The notes under the pieces are model-generated. The model ran no database searches, had not been told where the DNA came from, and saw only the letters and a list, made by a program, of their open reading frames with translations. The translations under genes and the position numbers were made by a program. A stretch of 36,886 bases of DNA from Mollicutes bacterium (lineage in GTDB: Bacteria > Bacillota_I > Bacilli_A > RF39 > UBA660), in NCBI GenBank assembly GCA_012841205.1, contig DUVE01000007.1:1-36886 (forward strand). Reading direction: 5' to 3'. Below, in pieces: positions 8,526-17,847 of the stretch. Numbering within the stretch: the stretch's first letter is position 1; the number at the start of each line of letters is the position of its first letter.

Positions 8526-8635
8526 TATAATATAATAATTAATTGTTAACTATTCACATAAGTTATTATGAAACTATTCTTTAAAATTTTACGAAATTTT
8601 AAAACTTGTGATATAATTTATGTAGGAGTGATTAT

Positions 8636-10231
8636 ATGAAAAAAAGAATTTATTCAATTTTAACTACATTATTAATTGGAGGTATATTATTTTATTTTAT
8701 GCTACCACCAATAAATCTTAGTGCGCCTTCGTTTTGGATTTTTTTAATTATTATGTTAACGATATATTTTACTGTTTATTCTATTTATAATGCAAAAGAG
8801 ATAAGTGATAATTTTAAATATAATAAGGCTGAAGCAAGTAAAAAAGTTGGTATTATTTCAATTAGTATAATATCAGTATTTTTACTTATTTCTTTAATAA
8901 ATATTATAAACTCACCGTTATTCAATGCGAAATCTTATTATAATCGTATTGCAATCAATGAAGATAATAGTTTTGAAGAAGATGTAAAACCTGTTGATTT
9001 CAAATCTTTACCATTGCTCGATAAAGATTCAAGTAGAAAACTAGGAGATAGAGTAATGGGTCAAATGACTGAATTGGTGTCTCAATTTAGAGTGTCTGAC
9101 CTTTACACACAAATCAATTTTAATGATGATATTATTAGAGTAACACCTTTAGAATATGCAAATGTTATTAAATATTTTACTAATCGTAAGAATGGTGTAA
9201 AAGGGTATATTACTTTAAATTCTGTTACTGGTAAGGCAGAACTTAAAAAATTAGATAAAGGTATGAAATACATGCCCTCAGCTTTATTTAATGAAGACTT
9301 AGTTAGAAAACTTCGTTTTATGTATCCAACCGAAATATTTGATCAAATCAGTTTTGAAATAGATAATGAAGGAAATCCGTATTGGATAGTACCAACTATT
9401 AAATATACTGGTGTTGGGCTTAGAAGAGATATTAAAAACTTGATTATCTTTAATCCAGTTACTGGTGAAGGTACAAAATATGCTCTTAAAGATGTTCCAA
9501 GTTGGGTTGATCATGTTTATCCTTCTGATTTAATTATTGAACAAGTAAATGACTGGGGATTGTATGAAAAAGGATTTCTAAATTCCATTTTTGGACAAAA
9601 AGGTGTTGTAGCTACTACAACAGGTTATAATTATATAGCGATGAATGATGATATATATTTATATACTGGAGTTACTTCTGTCTCTAGTGATGAATCAAAT
9701 ATAGGGTTCATACTAACAAACCTGCGCACTAAAGAGACACACTTTTATGAGGTCTCGGGTGCGGAGGAATATTCAGCCATGGCTAGTGCTGAAGGGCAAG
9801 TCCAACAAATGAAATACAAGTCTACTTTTCCTTTGTTAATCAACTTAAATAATAAACCAACTTATTTAATGTCATTAAAAGACAATGCTGGACTTGTGAA
9901 AATGTATGCTTTTGTAGATGTGGTAGATTATCAAAATGTTGTTGTAACTGATGCTAAACATGGTATTGAAGTGGCCGCTAAAAACTATTTAGGAAATGAT
10001 ATTAATACAGTTGGTGAAGAATTTACTGAAGATATAATCATTTCTAAAATAAACACATCAGTAATTGATGGTACTAGTTATTATTATTTGACTGATACCA
10101 AAAATAACAAATATAAAGTATCAATTAAAGTCGAACAAAGTATTATTCCATTTATAGAAGTTGGAAATAAATTAAATGTTAGCTATACTGAAAATAATAG
10201 TATTAGAGAAATCATTAAGATAAATAAATAG
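8636..10231 (+). CDS. uncharacterised membrane-anchored protein (3 N-terminal TM segments, ~430-aa extracytoplasmic domain)
   Basis: Good RBS (AGGAG), a 531-aa ORF and hydrophobic N-terminal segments. I recognise no catalytic motif. Confidence 0.6.
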   Translation: MKKRIYSILTTLLIGGILFYFMLPPINLSAPSFWIFLIIMLTIYFTVYSIYNAKEISDNFKYNKAEASKKVGIISISIISVFLLISLINIINSPLFNAKSYYNRIAINEDNSFEEDVKPVDFKSLPLLDKDSSRKLGDRVMGQMTELVSQFRVSDLYTQINFNDDIIRVTPLEYANVIKYFTNRKNGVKGYITLNSVTGKAELKKLDKGMKYMPSALFNEDLVRKLRFMYPTEIFDQISFEIDNEGNPYWIVPTIKYTGVGLRRDIKNLIIFNPVTGEGTKYALKDVPSWVDHVYPSDLIIEQVNDWGLYEKGFLNSIFGQKGVVATTTGYNYIAMNDDIYLYTGVTSVSSDESNIGFILTNLRTKETHFYEVSGAEEYSAMASAEGQVQQMKYKSTFPLLINLNNKPTYLMSLKDNAGLVKMYAFVDVVDYQNVVVTDAKHGIEVAAKNYLGNDINTVGEEFTEDIIISKINTSVIDGTSYYYLTDTKNNKYKVSIKVEQSIIPFIEVGNKLNVSYTENNSIREIIKINK

Positions 10232-10236
10232 TAAAT

Positions 10237-10280
10237 AAACTCCTTTCACATCATACAGACATGAAAGGAGTTTTATTTTG
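10237..10280 (+). terminator. intrinsic terminator
   Basis: Stem AAACTCCTTTCA (10237-10248) / TGAAAGGAGTTT (10262-10273), then TTATTTT. Confidence 0.8.
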
Positions 10281-10331
10281 TTAAAATATCAATAATTATC
10301 ATGGTATAATTGTTGTGAAGGAGGTGACCTT

Positions 10332-12098
10332 ATGATAAAAGAAAAACTAGAACTTTTGCCACATTTACCCGGTTGCTATTTAATGAAAAATAGTAAAGGA
10401 ACAATTATATATGTGGGGAAAGCTAAAGATCTAAAAAAGAGGGTAGTAACATACTTTAATCGTGAACATACGGGTAAAACTAAGGTTTTAGTAGAAAATA
10501 TTGCAACATTTGAATACATCGTTACTAAAACCGAAGAAGAAGCGCTGATATTAGAATTAAATCTTATAAAAAAGCATGATCCAAAATATAATATTTTATT
10601 AAGAGATGACAAATCATATCCGTATATAGAACTTACCAATGAAAAATATCCCAGACTTTTAGTCGTAAGAAGTCACCTGAAACGTAAGAAAAACACTAGA
10701 TTATTTGGACCATATCCTAATGCGTATGCGGCAAGAAAAATAGTAAATATGTTAAATAGAATGTACCCCCTTAGAAAATGTCGAATTCTTCCAGATAAAG
10801 AGTGTTTATATTATCACATTAAACAATGTCTAGGTTACTGTATACATGATATCAGTCTGGATGTAATAAAACAGATGAATGATGAAATAGTAAGTTTTTT
10901 AAAGGGAAATGAGAATTCGCTTCAAAAAACTATCGAAGAAGAAATGTATAAAGCATCTAACAATTTAAATTTTGAAAGAGCAGCTGAAATGAAATCCTTA
11001 TTAGAAGATATTGCAACAATATCAAAAAGACAGGTTATTGACTTAAACGATAATATAGATCGTGATGTGTTTGGGTATGCAAGTGATGGGGCTTATATAT
11101 CTATTCAAGTTTTCCATATTAGGGGAGGAAGGATCGTAGAAAGAGAATCAACTCTTTATCCACTTCTTGACCTAGATGAAGAAGCATTAACGTACCATAT
11201 ATGTTCCTTTTATGATGGAAACAATCTAAAACCAAGAGAGATTTTCGTGCCGGATATTATAGATACTAAAGCCGTTAGCAAGATTTTAGAAGTAAAGGTT
11301 ATAAATCCTAAAAGGGGTAAGAAGAAACATGTTTTAGATATGGCGATGAAAAATGCAAAAATAGGTTTGGAAGAAAAAAGGGAACTTGAAAATAGAAATG
11401 AAGAACGTAGTTATAATGCAAGTCGCAAATTAGGAGAGATTCTTTCAATCGACAATTTAAGTAGAATTGAAATATTTGATAACTCGCACCTTTTTGGAAC
11501 ATTTTCTGTTAGTGGTATGGTTGTCTTCATTGATGGTAAGCCAGCTAAAAAGGAATATCGTAAGTATAAAATAACGAGTGATAAAGTAGATGATTATAAC
11601 CTGATGAAGGAAGTAATATATAGAAGATATCATAGAGTTTTAATAGAAAAGCTAGATGCCCCTGATTTGATTGTTGTAGATGGTGGTAAAATACAAATGG
11701 AAGCCGCATCTACTACTCTTAATATGTTAGGGATGAATATACCTATATGTGGTCTTAAAAAAAATGACAGACATAAAACAAGTGCTTTAATATATAATGA
11801 AGTTGAAATACCAATCGATAGTCACTCTAATGTTTTTCATCTGCTTGAAAGAATGCAAGATGAAGTTCATAACTTCACTATAAGATATCACAAAGATATT
11901 AGAAGCAAGGGAGCTTTGGAAAGTGTACTTGATAATATAAGTGGAATAGGTGCAAAAAGAAAAAAAGAATTATTAAAAAGATTTGGTTCAATTGAAAAAA
12001 TAAAAGAAGCGAGTGTTGAAGAACTAAGTATTATACTACCTATAAATGTTGCTTATGAATTAAATAAATATTTTAAAGATGAAAAAAAGATACAATAA
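10332..12098 (+). CDS. uvrC: excinuclease ABC subunit C
   Basis: GIY-YIG N-terminus (PGCYLMKN...IIYVGKAKDLKKRV), a UVR domain, and the C-terminal endonuclease plus HhH region (ISGIGAKRKKELLKRFGS). Confidence 0.95.
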   Translation: MIKEKLELLPHLPGCYLMKNSKGTIIYVGKAKDLKKRVVTYFNREHTGKTKVLVENIATFEYIVTKTEEEALILELNLIKKHDPKYNILLRDDKSYPYIELTNEKYPRLLVVRSHLKRKKNTRLFGPYPNAYAARKIVNMLNRMYPLRKCRILPDKECLYYHIKQCLGYCIHDISLDVIKQMNDEIVSFLKGNENSLQKTIEEEMYKASNNLNFERAAEMKSLLEDIATISKRQVIDLNDNIDRDVFGYASDGAYISIQVFHIRGGRIVERESTLYPLLDLDEEALTYHICSFYDGNNLKPREIFVPDIIDTKAVSKILEVKVINPKRGKKKHVLDMAMKNAKIGLEEKRELENRNEERSYNASRKLGEILSIDNLSRIEIFDNSHLFGTFSVSGMVVFIDGKPAKKEYRKYKITSDKVDDYNLMKEVIYRRYHRVLIEKLDAPDLIVVDGGKIQMEAASTTLNMLGMNIPICGLKKNDRHKTSALIYNEVEIPIDSHSNVFHLLERMQDEVHNFTIRYHKDIRSKGALESVLDNISGIGAKRKKELLKRFGSIEKIKEASVEELSIILPINVAYELNKYFKDEKKIQ

Positions 12099-12113
12099 AT
12101 ATGTATCTTTTTT
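12084..12113. terminator. terminator between uvrC and convergent HTH gene
   Basis: Stem AAAGATACA (12086-12094) / TGTATCTTT (12102-12110) flanked by A- and T-runs. Confidence 0.7.
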
Positions 12114-12135
12114 AATGCTTAAAAATTAGTCAATA

Positions 12136-12351
12136 TCAATCTTCGAAATCAGGGATGTATTCTAGGATGTCTTTTGGTTGGCAGTTTAAACTTTTGCAAA
12201 TATCGTTTAGTAATTCTAATCTAATTGCTTTTACTTTACCTCTTTTAAGAAGTGACATGTTAACCTCGTTAATGCCAACTTGACTCGCTAATTCCTTTGA
12301 AGACATCTTGCGATCTGCCAAAATACGATCTAATCTTAAAACTATCACAAA
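12136..12351 (-). CDS. small XRE/Cro-type HTH transcriptional regulator (YozG-like)
   Basis: Sequence IVLRLDRILADRKMSSKELASQVGINEVNMSLLKRGKVKAIRLELLNDICKSLNCQPKDILEY. GTG 12351 lies 6 nt after RBS AAGAGGTG. Confidence 0.8.
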   Translation of the reverse strand, partial: FVIVLRLDRILADRKMSSKELASQVGINEVNMSLLKRGKVKAIRLELLNDICKSLNCQPKDILEYIPDFED

Positions 12352-12388
12352 CAACACCTCTTTTTGTAAAATTATTACTTATGTCAAC

Positions 12389-12417
12389 ATAATATCAAAT
12401 GTATTATTGTTTGTCAA
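12389..12417 (-). promoter_or_regulatory. promoter of the HTH gene (TTGACA-17-TATTAT)
   Basis: On the minus strand, TTGACA is the reverse complement of 12412-12417 and TATTAT of 12389-12394. The spacer is 17 nt. Confidence 0.5.
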
Positions 12418-12444
12418 ATATATCTTATTGAGAAACGATAACGA

Positions 12445-12477
12445 ATGAAAAAAGATGAAAATAAATGAAAAAAAGGG
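12445..12477. promoter_or_regulatory. three 10-bp-phased A-tracts (ATGAAAAAAG/ATGAAAATAA/ATGAAAAAAA) upstream of nrdD-1
   Basis: ATGAAA recurs at 12445, 12455 and 12465. This position would suit an UP-element or intrinsic bend. Confidence 0.35.
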
Positions 12478-12521
12478 TATTATTTTTTTAGTTAATGTGA
12501 TACCATAGAATTATCAAAAAT

Positions 12522-12535
12522 AGAACACATGTTTC
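12522..12535. promoter_or_regulatory. Cheo-box-like site AGAACACATGTTTC just upstream of the nrdD-1 RBS
   Basis: Matches 13 of 14 positions of the Bacillus LexA consensus CGAACRNRYGTTYC. It lies 8 nt before RBS AAAGGAGG. Confidence 0.3.
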
Positions 12536-12558
12536 ATGTATTAAAGGAGGTAATTTAT

Positions 12559-14922
12559 ATGGGCTCTGGTCACAATGAAAGTTTAAAAGTAGTTAAAAGA
12601 AACAATAAAAAGGTTGATTTTAACGGAGAAAAAATTGCTCTTGCAATAAAGAAAAGTTTTGATAGCAAGGATGCATTAATTGAAAAATACAGTGAGGAAG
12701 ACGTTAATAAAGTTTATGTAGCTGTTTTAGATAATATAGAAAAGGAGTATGCTGATAAATCTTTTGTCAAGGTTGAAGAAATCCAAGATATTATTGAAAA
12801 GCAATTACTTAAAAATAATTATCAGGATGTATATGAATCATTTTCAAAATATCGTGATAAAAGAGCTGAGTCTAGACAAATGTTTTTGTCTGAGCCAAAG
12901 CAACACAAACTTCTAAAAGCACTTGAAAAGTTAAGTTTAAAAGACGCTAAGGAAGAGGATTCTAAAAGAGAAAACGCTAATGTTGATGGAAGCTCTTCAA
13001 TGGGTATGATGTTGCAATATGGAAGTACTATTTCTAGAGAGTTTGCTAAGGCATATTTAATTAATCATAAATTTTCTGATGCTCATGATGAGGGACAAAT
13101 TCACATACACGATATGGATTTCCTGCCGATGGGAACAACTACTTGTTGTCAAATCGATTTGAATAATTTATTTGAAAAAGGTTTTAGCACTGGCCACGGC
13201 CATTTACGTAGTCCTAACGATATAATGACTTATACTGCTCTGGCAGCTATCGCTATTCAATCAAATCAAAACGATCAACATGGTGGACAAAGTATTCCTG
13301 CTTTTGATTTTTATATAGCGCCTGGTGTTGTAAAAACATTTAAAAAACAGTTAAAACAAACTCTCTATGATCTATTAGATGTTACTGGTTTTTTAAAATT
13401 TGTAAGTTTTGATGACATAGAAAAAGATATAAATAAACTAAATTCAATTGAAATAGATATAACTGCTTTTGATAAATACGCTAAAGATGAAGAACAGGTA
13501 AAAAGACTATTTGCTAAAGCGTATGAAAAAGCTGTAGCTAAAACAGATAGAGCAACATATCAAGCAATGGAAGCATTTATTCATAATTTAAATACAATGC
13601 ATTCAAGAGCTGGAGCCCAAGTACCATTTTCATCTGTTAACTTTGGTACTGATACATCACCTGAAGGAAGAATGGTTATTAAAAATTATTTATTAGCAAC
13701 CGATAGTGGTCTTGGAAAAAAAGAAACACCAATATTTCCAATATCAATTTTCAAAGTAAAGGAAGGCGTTAACTATAATGCAGAAGATCCAAATTATGAT
13801 TTATTTAAATTAGCTTGTGAAGTTTCTGCAAAAAGATTATTTCCTAACTTTTCATTTATGGATGCACCTTTTAATGCTAAATATTATAAAGGAACTTATG
13901 AAACAGAAGTGGCATATATGGGGTGCCGTACAAGGGTAATAGGTAATGTAGCAAATCCAGATAAGGAAGTCACAATAGGTAGAGGAAATTTATCTTTTAC
14001 TTCAATAAACTTACCTCGTTTAGGTATCAAGCATGGTATCGTTAATAATAAAAAAGCTGATCTTGATGCATTCTTTGATGAATTAACTGAATTAATGGAA
14101 TTGGTTCGTGATCAATTATTAGAACGTTTTGAAATTCAATGTAATAAAAGGCTTGGTAATTTTCCGTTCCTACTTGGTCAAGGAGTTTGGATTGATTCTA
14201 AGAACTTAAAACCAGGAGATCGTTTAAAGAAGGTGTTAAAGCATGGTACTTTAACAATGGGATTTATTGGTTTAGCAGAATGTCTTAAAGCCTTAATTGG
14301 AGAACATCATGGTGAATCAAAAAAAGCACAAGAACTAGGCTTAAAAATAATTACATTTATGCGTGAAAAATGTGATCAATATGCCCAAGAATATAAACTT
14401 AATTTTTCTTTAATTGCAACACCTGCTGAAGGTTTGTCTGGGCGCTTTGTTAATATTGATAAATCAATTTACGGGAATATTGCAGGTGTAACAGACAAGG
14501 ATTATTATACTAACTCATTTCACGTCCCAGTTCATTATCAGATTAATATGAGTGATAAAATTAAGTTAGAAGCTCCGTATCATGCGTTAACAAATGCTGG
14601 TCATATCACTTATGTTGAATTAGATGGAGACACTACTAATAATGTCGATGCGTTTGAAAAAATTGTTCGTATTATGAAAGAATCAGGTATTGGATATGGC
14701 GCAATTAATCATCCGGTAGATAGAGATCCTGTTTGTGGATACACGGGTGTTATAGGTGATACTTGTCCTAGTTGTGGCAGAAACGAGGATGATGGCCCAG
14801 GATTTGAACGTATTAGAAGAATTACTGGTTATTTAGTTGGAACAGTAGACCGCTTCAATAATGCTAAGAGAGCTGAAGAAAATGCGCGTGTAAAGCATGG
14901 ACTAAAAGGAATAATAAAATAA
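12559..14922 (+). CDS. nrdD: anaerobic ribonucleoside-triphosphate reductase, copy 1 (E. coli/T4/lactococcal-like)
   Basis: N-terminal ATP-cone (VVKRNNKKVDFNGEKI), finger-loop YMGCRTR (Cys codon 13924-13926), C-terminal Zn site CPSCGR and glycyl-radical motif RRITGYLVG. ATG 12559 follows RBS AAAGGAGG. Confidence 0.95.
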   Translation: MGSGHNESLKVVKRNNKKVDFNGEKIALAIKKSFDSKDALIEKYSEEDVNKVYVAVLDNIEKEYADKSFVKVEEIQDIIEKQLLKNNYQDVYESFSKYRDKRAESRQMFLSEPKQHKLLKALEKLSLKDAKEEDSKRENANVDGSSSMGMMLQYGSTISREFAKAYLINHKFSDAHDEGQIHIHDMDFLPMGTTTCCQIDLNNLFEKGFSTGHGHLRSPNDIMTYTALAAIAIQSNQNDQHGGQSIPAFDFYIAPGVVKTFKKQLKQTLYDLLDVTGFLKFVSFDDIEKDINKLNSIEIDITAFDKYAKDEEQVKRLFAKAYEKAVAKTDRATYQAMEAFIHNLNTMHSRAGAQVPFSSVNFGTDTSPEGRMVIKNYLLATDSGLGKKETPIFPISIFKVKEGVNYNAEDPNYDLFKLACEVSAKRLFPNFSFMDAPFNAKYYKGTYETEVAYMGCRTRVIGNVANPDKEVTIGRGNLSFTSINLPRLGIKHGIVNNKKADLDAFFDELTELMELVRDQLLERFEIQCNKRLGNFPFLLGQGVWIDSKNLKPGDRLKKVLKHGTLTMGFIGLAECLKALIGEHHGESKKAQELGLKIITFMREKCDQYAQEYKLNFSLIATPAEGLSGRFVNIDKSIYGNIAGVTDKDYYTNSFHVPVHYQINMSDKIKLEAPYHALTNAGHITYVELDGDTTNNVDAFEKIVRIMKESGIGYGAINHPVDRDPVCGYTGVIGDTCPSCGRNEDDGPGFERIRRITGYLVGTVDRFNNAKRAEENARVKHGLKGIIK

Positions 14923-14937
14923 GTAGAAGGTGATAGT

Positions 14938-15501
14938 ATGAAAATTAGACTAGCATCACAAATACAATATGACAGTATTGTTGATGGTGAAGGGCTTAGA
15001 ACAGTTATTTGGACTCAAGGTTGTCCTCATCGCTGTCCTGGTTGTCACAACCCAAGAACTCACTCGCTAGATGGCGGATTTGAAATGGATATAGAGGATT
15101 TAAAGAAAGAGATATCAACGTATCCTAATCAAGATGGAATTACATTATCTGGAGGAGATCCGTTTATTCAGCCCGAAGCTTGTTATGAAATTGCATCTTA
15201 TGCTAAAAGTATGGGTTTAAATGTTTGGTGTTATACGGGATACACATATGAACAACTTTTAGAATTTGCAAGTAAAAAAGATATATTTATGAAATTATTA
15301 CAAAATATAGATGTTTTAATCGATGGAAAATTTATGATTAATCTAAGAAGTTATAATACTAAATTTAGAGGCTCGTCTAATCAAAGAGTTATTGATGTTA
15401 AGGCAAGTCTTGAAAATGGGGAGGTTGTACTTGTATCAAAATATAACCAAATAGATATTGGGTTAGATTTATATAAAAAACCAGAATGTATATTTGTTTG
15501 A
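14938..15501 (+). CDS. nrdG: anaerobic RNR activating radical-SAM enzyme, copy 1 (short type)
   Basis: 187 aa with a CPHRCPGCHNP CxxxCxxC cluster and GGDP motif. It lies immediately downstream of nrdD. Confidence 0.9.
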   Translation: MKIRLASQIQYDSIVDGEGLRTVIWTQGCPHRCPGCHNPRTHSLDGGFEMDIEDLKKEISTYPNQDGITLSGGDPFIQPEACYEIASYAKSMGLNVWCYTGYTYEQLLEFASKKDIFMKLLQNIDVLIDGKFMINLRSYNTKFRGSSNQRVIDVKASLENGEVVLVSKYNQIDIGLDLYKKPECIFV

Positions 15502-15517
15502 AACTTATTAAATATAA

Positions 15518-15710
15518 AAGAGACCTATTTCTGTTTCTAATATTGAAGAAATTGTAGATAAAAAAGAACAAATAATCACAAACAGTATAAAAAATCGACA
15601 GTTCTGAAATAGGAGAAATAGTAATGTAATATTTAAAAGAACTTGACGAGATTGCTTATGTTAAATTTGTATTAGTATATAGGTAATTTAAAGATATTAA
15701 TGCTTTTTAA
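15518..15710 (+). pseudogene. nrdR: nrdR relic (C-terminal ATP-cone half only; one frameshift, two in-frame TAA stops)
   Basis: Frame A (15518-15604) reads KRPISVSNIEEIVDKKEQIITNSIKNRQF. Frame B (15594-15710) reads IDSSEIGEIVM*YLKELDEIAYVKFVLVYR*FKDINAF*. Compare the B. subtilis NrdR C-terminus KRPVS...EVAYVRFASVYRQFKDINVF. No zinc-ribbon part is present. Confidence 0.75.
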
Positions 15711-15743
15711 AAAAATAATTAATGAAATGGAAAGAGGTATATT

Positions 15744-17837
15744 ATGTTAGAAACAGTTATTAAAAGATCAGGTAGGAAACAAGCCTTTGATCAAGGAAAG
15801 ATTGAAAATGCTATATTTAAAGCGATAGTGGGGACTAGGACAACTATTGATGAAGAAAAAGCTAAGGAGCTTAGTGCTCTTGCAACAGGTGTAGTTGTTT
15901 TTAAACTTAGCGAAAGAGGAGATAAAATAGTTCAATTAGAACAAATCCAAAATGTTGTAGAAGAAACACTTATGAATTTAGGAATGACTGATGTAGCTAG
16001 AAATTATGTGCGATATCGTTTTCAAAGGGAATTGTTAAGAAGGGATAAAGAAACCGGTGTTAGCGTTGAAAAAATGATGAGAAATTATATTAAAAAAGAT
16101 GATTGGTTAGTTAAAGAAAACGCTAATATGGATTATTCCCTACAAGGATTAAACAATTATATTGTAAGTGATATTACAAAGAACTTTTGGTTAAATCATA
16201 TTTTTACAAAAGAACAAAAAGAAGCTCATGAGAATGGAGATATTCACATTCATGATCTTGGTTTACTTGCTCCTTATTGTTGTGGTTGGGACATGGAAGA
16301 CTTATTATTAAATGGATTTACCGGTGTTAAAAACAAAGCTCAAACTAAACCTGCAAGGCATCTAAAGACAGCCTTAGGTCAGTTAGTAAATTTTTTCTAT
16401 ACACTACAAGGAGAGGCTGCAGGAGCTCAAGCTATATCTAGTCTTGATACTTATGTTGCGCCTTTTATCAGACACGATAACCTTACATATAAAGATGTTA
16501 AGCAAAATGTTCAAGAATTTGTTTTCAATTTAAGTGTTCCAACAAGAGTAGGCTTTCAAACCCCTTTTGTTAACATTACTCTTGATTTAACACCATCATC
16601 TTTATTAAAAGATAAACCAGTAATCATTGGTGGTGAATATCAAAATGAAACATATGGCGAATTCCAAAAAGAAATGGATATGTTTAACAAAGCATTCTGT
16701 GAAGTGATGGTAGAAGGGGATGCTAGTGGAAGAGTTTTCACATTCCCAATTCCAACATACAATATAACTAGCGATTTTGATTGGGACAGCGAAGTTGCCG
16801 ACGAAATTATGAAAATGACTAGTAAGTATGGAATCCCATATTTCTCAAACTTCATTAATTCTGATATGAAGCCAGAAGATGCAAGAAGTATGTGTTGTCG
16901 TCTTCGTCTTGATAATAGAGAACTTAGAAAAAGAGGTGGAGGACTCTTTGGAGCAAATCCACTTACCGGAAGTATTGGTGTTATCACCATTAACCTACCT
17001 CGTTTAGGTTACTTATATAAAACAGAAACAGAATTTAAAGCAAAACTTAGACAAATGATGGATATCTCAAGAGATGTTCTTACTATAAAAAGAAAAATAA
17101 TTGAAAAGAATACTAAAGATAATTTATATCCTTATAGCAAATATTATTTAAGAACTGTTAACGAACGTTTTGGTGAATATTGGAAAAATCATTTTAATAC
17201 TATAGGACTTATTGGAATGAATGAATGTATAAGAAACTTCTATAATGATAATGAAGATATTACAACAGAAAAAGGACAAAAGTTTGCTCTTAAAATAATG
17301 GACTATATGAGAGAAGTAATAACAGAATATCAAGAAAATGGCGATCTATATAATCTTGAGGCTACTCCTGGCGAAGGAACTACTTATAGATTAGCAAAAC
17401 TTGATAAAGTTAAGTATAAAGATATTATTACGGCTGGAGTAGAGGAACCATATTATACTAACAGTACCCAAATGCCAGTTGATTATACGACTGATTTGTT
17501 TGAGGTATTAAAACTTCAAGATGATTTACAAACTAAATATACTGGTGGAACTGTTTTACATGCATATTTAGGTGAAAGAATCCACGAACCAGAAGTGACT
17601 AAAAACTTAATCAAAACTGTTTTTGAAAACTATCACTTACCGTATTTATCACTTACTCCAACATTTTCCACTTGCGATGAACACGGATATATTGAAGGAG
17701 AAGAATTCAAGTGTCCAAAATGTGGAAGGGATACTGAGGTTTGGACTAGAGTAGTGGGATTCTATAGACCAGTACAAGCGTTTAATCCTGGTAAGTATGA
17801 AGAATTTAAAGAACGATTAGAATTTGCTTTGGAATAG
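15744..17837 (+). CDS. nrdD: anaerobic ribonucleoside-triphosphate reductase, copy 2 (clostridial/Thermotoga-like)
   Basis: ATP-cone (VIKRSGRKQAFDQGKIENAI), finger-loop SMCCRLRLD (Cys-Cys codons 16893-16898), Zn site CPKCGR and glycyl-radical motif TRVVGFYRPV. Confidence 0.9.
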   Translation: MLETVIKRSGRKQAFDQGKIENAIFKAIVGTRTTIDEEKAKELSALATGVVVFKLSERGDKIVQLEQIQNVVEETLMNLGMTDVARNYVRYRFQRELLRRDKETGVSVEKMMRNYIKKDDWLVKENANMDYSLQGLNNYIVSDITKNFWLNHIFTKEQKEAHENGDIHIHDLGLLAPYCCGWDMEDLLLNGFTGVKNKAQTKPARHLKTALGQLVNFFYTLQGEAAGAQAISSLDTYVAPFIRHDNLTYKDVKQNVQEFVFNLSVPTRVGFQTPFVNITLDLTPSSLLKDKPVIIGGEYQNETYGEFQKEMDMFNKAFCEVMVEGDASGRVFTFPIPTYNITSDFDWDSEVADEIMKMTSKYGIPYFSNFINSDMKPEDARSMCCRLRLDNRELRKRGGGLFGANPLTGSIGVITINLPRLGYLYKTETEFKAKLRQMMDISRDVLTIKRKIIEKNTKDNLYPYSKYYLRTVNERFGEYWKNHFNTIGLIGMNECIRNFYNDNEDITTEKGQKFALKIMDYMREVITEYQENGDLYNLEATPGEGTTYRLAKLDKVKYKDIITAGVEEPYYTNSTQMPVDYTTDLFEVLKLQDDLQTKYTGGTVLHAYLGERIHEPEVTKNLIKTVFENYHLPYLSLTPTFSTCDEHGYIEGEEFKCPKCGRDTEVWTRVVGFYRPVQAFNPGKYEEFKERLEFALE

Positions 17838-17847
17838 AAGTGATATA

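Noticed and set aside
12385-12400. ACATAATATCAAATGT and nearby ACACATGTTTCATGT as possible NrdR boxes upstream of nrdD-1.
   Set aside because: Only the outer ACA/TGT ends are palindromic, and the match to the NrdR box pattern I recall (acaCwAtATaTwGtgt) is poor. There is no properly spaced tandem pair.
15499-15501. Possibility of an alternative genetic code (TGA=Trp, Mollicutes-like), given the very low GC.
   Set aside because: TGA terminates well-delimited genes (nrdG-1 at 15499-15501, lspA at 19337-19339). All conserved genes are full length under code 11.
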